Assembly: GCA_963977445.1 (NCBI GenBank)
Contig: CAXBPH010000035.1
Location: 1 to 37,502, forward strand
Length of the DNA: 37,502 nucleotides
Direction of reading: 5' to 3'
From: an uncultured bacterium
Lineage (GTDB): Bacteria; Hydrogenedentota; Hydrogenedentia; Hydrogenedentales; JAEUWI01
The notes under the pieces are model-generated. The model saw only the letters and a program-made list of their open reading frames with translations, did not search any database and was not told where the DNA came from. The position numbers were made by a program, and so were the translations under genes. Positions 36,501 through 37,502 of the stretch are shown piece after piece (positions within the stretch are counted from its first letter, which is position 1; each line of letters opens with the position of its first letter).

Positions 36501-37146
36501 CGGCAACAACTTTCAGGGCAACAGTCTGGCACCACCCTTGATTGGGCTGTCCGAACGACTGAAAGACGACGAAGTACGGGCCCTGTTGAAGACCGGCCGC
36601 AACCTCATGCCCGCCGCCGAAGGATTGACCGAGGCCGACGAGGCCGCCTTACTCGACTACGTGTTCCTCCGCGAACCCGACCTGGAAGTCATTCGCCCCG
36701 AAGACAACGGCGTGCCCCGCTATACCTTTAATGGCTACAACAAACTTCTCGACCACGAAGGCTATCCCGGCGTCGTGCCGCCCTGGGGCACCCTCAACTG
36801 CATCGATCTCAACACGGGAAAAATCGACTGGAAAGTACCCCTCGGCTACTACCCCGACCTCGCTTTCTGGGGTGACGACAAGACCGGCGCGGAAAACTTC
36901 GGCGGCGCCATGGTAACGGCGGGCGGCCTGGTATTCTGCGCAGGCACGCCCGACAACCTCATCCGCGCCTTCGACGCCGACACCGGCGAAGAACTCTGGC
37001 AACACGAACTCCCCTTCGGCGGCTACGCGCCCCCCGCGACCTTTGAAATCGACGGCAAGCAATACGTCGTCATCGCGGCGACCGGTGGTGGCAAGCTGGC
37101 CACAGAGGCAGGCGATGCGTGGGTGGCCTTTGCCTTGCCGGGGTAG
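33565..37146 (+). CDS. Secreted fusion: xylose-isomerase-like TIM barrel + LamG + PQQ-dependent glucose/quinate-type dehydrogenase with inserted cytochrome c
   Basis: Signal peptide; LYNHGSWFGEPDNQ, VYNLHHGH (TIM barrel); DGAWHHI..LFVDG (LamG); QINRENVKGLQVAW, GANCWGGM, WHFQEIRHDIWDLD, GGAEWTG, PPWGTL, GGAMVTAGGLVF (PQQ); CIQCH heme motif. The start (TTG 33565 or ATG 33589) is uncertain. Confidence 0.85.
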   Translation: MKFYGISRMGVCLGLCLIAATAVMVPGSLRAAEKTSIFDHDNLIAWCIVPFDSQKRGPEERGEMLARLGIKKFAYDWRAEHIPTFDEELDVLKRYNIELTAFWFPSGLNDEARTILDVLKRHQVKTQLWVTMGGGDIECTPEEQAQRIAQHVEILRPLVEAAAEIGCSIGLYNHGSWFGEPDNQIAIIKALDAPNVGIVYNLHHGHEHVDQLPELLERMKPYLYAVNLNGMNRGGDKKGQKILPLAQGELDLHLLQVIQDSGYDGPIGVLGHTQDDAETTVKDNLDGLDWLLPQLDGGAAPGPKPVPQRESLRPKAAAEASISEAFGQALAGGMVVEGDDGWRLSPITVQCRARVDSAAGFNILVASDTKASSAHWEIFTMGGSGALSVYLPGSTPDHLRSERNIADGAWHHISFHYGEDEATLFVDGAEVARGAITRKAGGGVPGGLAFGRLVEGGIGLDGAVDDVHILRGLQPVAEVPATPATRNDDTLGLWDFNELPAQAQHQAPAVEDGAIRAGLPEYQVIKAATDEELTPANGFPNAEAYTTWQRSLGDHSNSRYAASTQINRENVKGLQVAWEYRSGDGEGNIQCNPVVVGDTLYVPTPGNHLVAIDGRTGEEKWRFKGEGRPAHRGLTYWPGWGTHGPRLLVSIGADLWAIDPATGQPIADFGEGGKVEAGLAVVAGAVYQNVLVLPGFQRDVWGYDIITGERLWTFHTVPTGDEYGADTWENTEDGANCWGGMALDDQRGIAYISTGSPKPNFVGVHHRGSNLFANCVIALDALTGERRWHFQEIRHDIWDLDIPAPPNLVTVTRNGKRVDAVAQVTKIGNTLLLDRVTGKPLYPVRLRRAPVSTLPGEQTWSYQPDIEIPEPFARQTFTPDQITQRNEDATTYVSNIVNLANYGWFEPFADGKPTIFFGLHGGAEWTGAAYDPTSSKLYVSANELAWNVAVIKAVEIRRKAGADPSRGQAIYEERCIQCHGNNFQGNSLAPPLIGLSERLKDDEVRALLKTGRNLMPAAEGLTEADEAALLDYVFLREPDLEVIRPEDNGVPRYTFNGYNKLLDHEGYPGVVPPWGTLNCIDLNTGKIDWKVPLGYYPDLAFWGDDKTGAENFGGAMVTAGGLVFCAGTPDNLIRAFDADTGEELWQHELPFGGYAPPATFEIDGKQYVVIAATGGGKLATEAGDAWVAFALPG

Positions 37147-37169
37147 GAGGTCGGGCATTCCTGCCTGAC
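37146..37169 (+). repeat. Single REP-like hairpin after the stop codon
   Basis: GGAG followed by GTCGGGCA-TTCC-TGCCTGAC. Confidence 0.45.
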
Positions 37170-37357
37170 ACAAGAATGACTGCATATTCACACGTGAGCG
37201 GCGGGGCCGTATGGGGAGTAACAAGGCAGATTGAAACTATATTGGTGGGTCGGCAATCAAAAATAGGAACAGGGCAGCTACAGGCAATTTCAGGTATAGC
37301 GTGTTTCGCTACAATCTCGCGATTCAGGGGCGTACAACGGCCCCATAGAATTAAAAA

Positions 37358-37502
37358 GGTTCATGGGCAATTAATGGGTGCCAACAAAGACTCACACCGT
37401 CAAAACAAACTGATCCCATCAATCGTGCCGCGCGATCCGGAATTTCCGGTTCGTGCGCGGATTGGGAGATACGACTACGTCTCTACATCAAGGCCAAGGC
37501 CA
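37358..37502 (+). mobile_element. Second copy (left part, cut by the window end) of the 20732-21139 element, containing hairpin copy e
   Basis: Starts GGTTCATGGGCAATTAATGGGTGCCAACAA as at 20732; 37450-37502 is identical to 20846-20898 (53 nt); lacks the 22-nt insert found at 20824-20845. Confidence 0.8.

Noticed and set aside
811..37224. Many long antisense or alternative-frame ORFs (e.g. 811..1644+, 4644..5966-, 34921..35949-, 36649..37224-)
   Set aside because: They are shadows of well-supported genes in GC-rich DNA and show no recognisable motifs.

Overview
GC-rich bacterial chromosomal window with about 17 protein-coding genes. I found no rRNA, tRNA, CRISPR array or transposase gene. Poly-(Gly-Glu) linkers and the gene content suggest a diderm organism, possibly Hydrogenedentota (inference only). 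In order: membrane-anchored thermonuclease, DUF900-like alpha/beta hydrolase, two tandem ceramidase-like paralogs, a hypothetical protein, a ~2080-aa PKD/Ig/FG-GAP lipoprotein, Fsr-type MFS transporter, csoR-copA with a consensus promoter and operator, a probable DUF4139 fragment, a beta-propeller hydrolase with an inserted LamG domain, a protein with an FrpC-like Asp-Pro self-processing module behind a sigma28-like promoter, lptF/lptG, a MltD-type LysM lytic transglycosylase, an orphan MoxR ATPase, an FG-GAP/C13-like protease with a candidate C-terminal sorting signal, and a TIM-barrel/LamG/PQQ/cytochrome c fusion. The strongest leads are: (1) the stand-alone 'clip-and-link' self-processing protein under apparent flagellar sigma28 control; (2) a family of five intergenic hairpins (GTGC + 7-bp stem + fixed T.T mismatch) with compensatory changes, four of them in two inverted pairs, one pair lying inside a ~408-bp element with terminal inverted repeats that recurs at the window end; (3) tandem NrdR-like boxes and a long structured leader at the lytic transglycosylase promoter. 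All family assignments come from motif recognition by eye, not from database searches.
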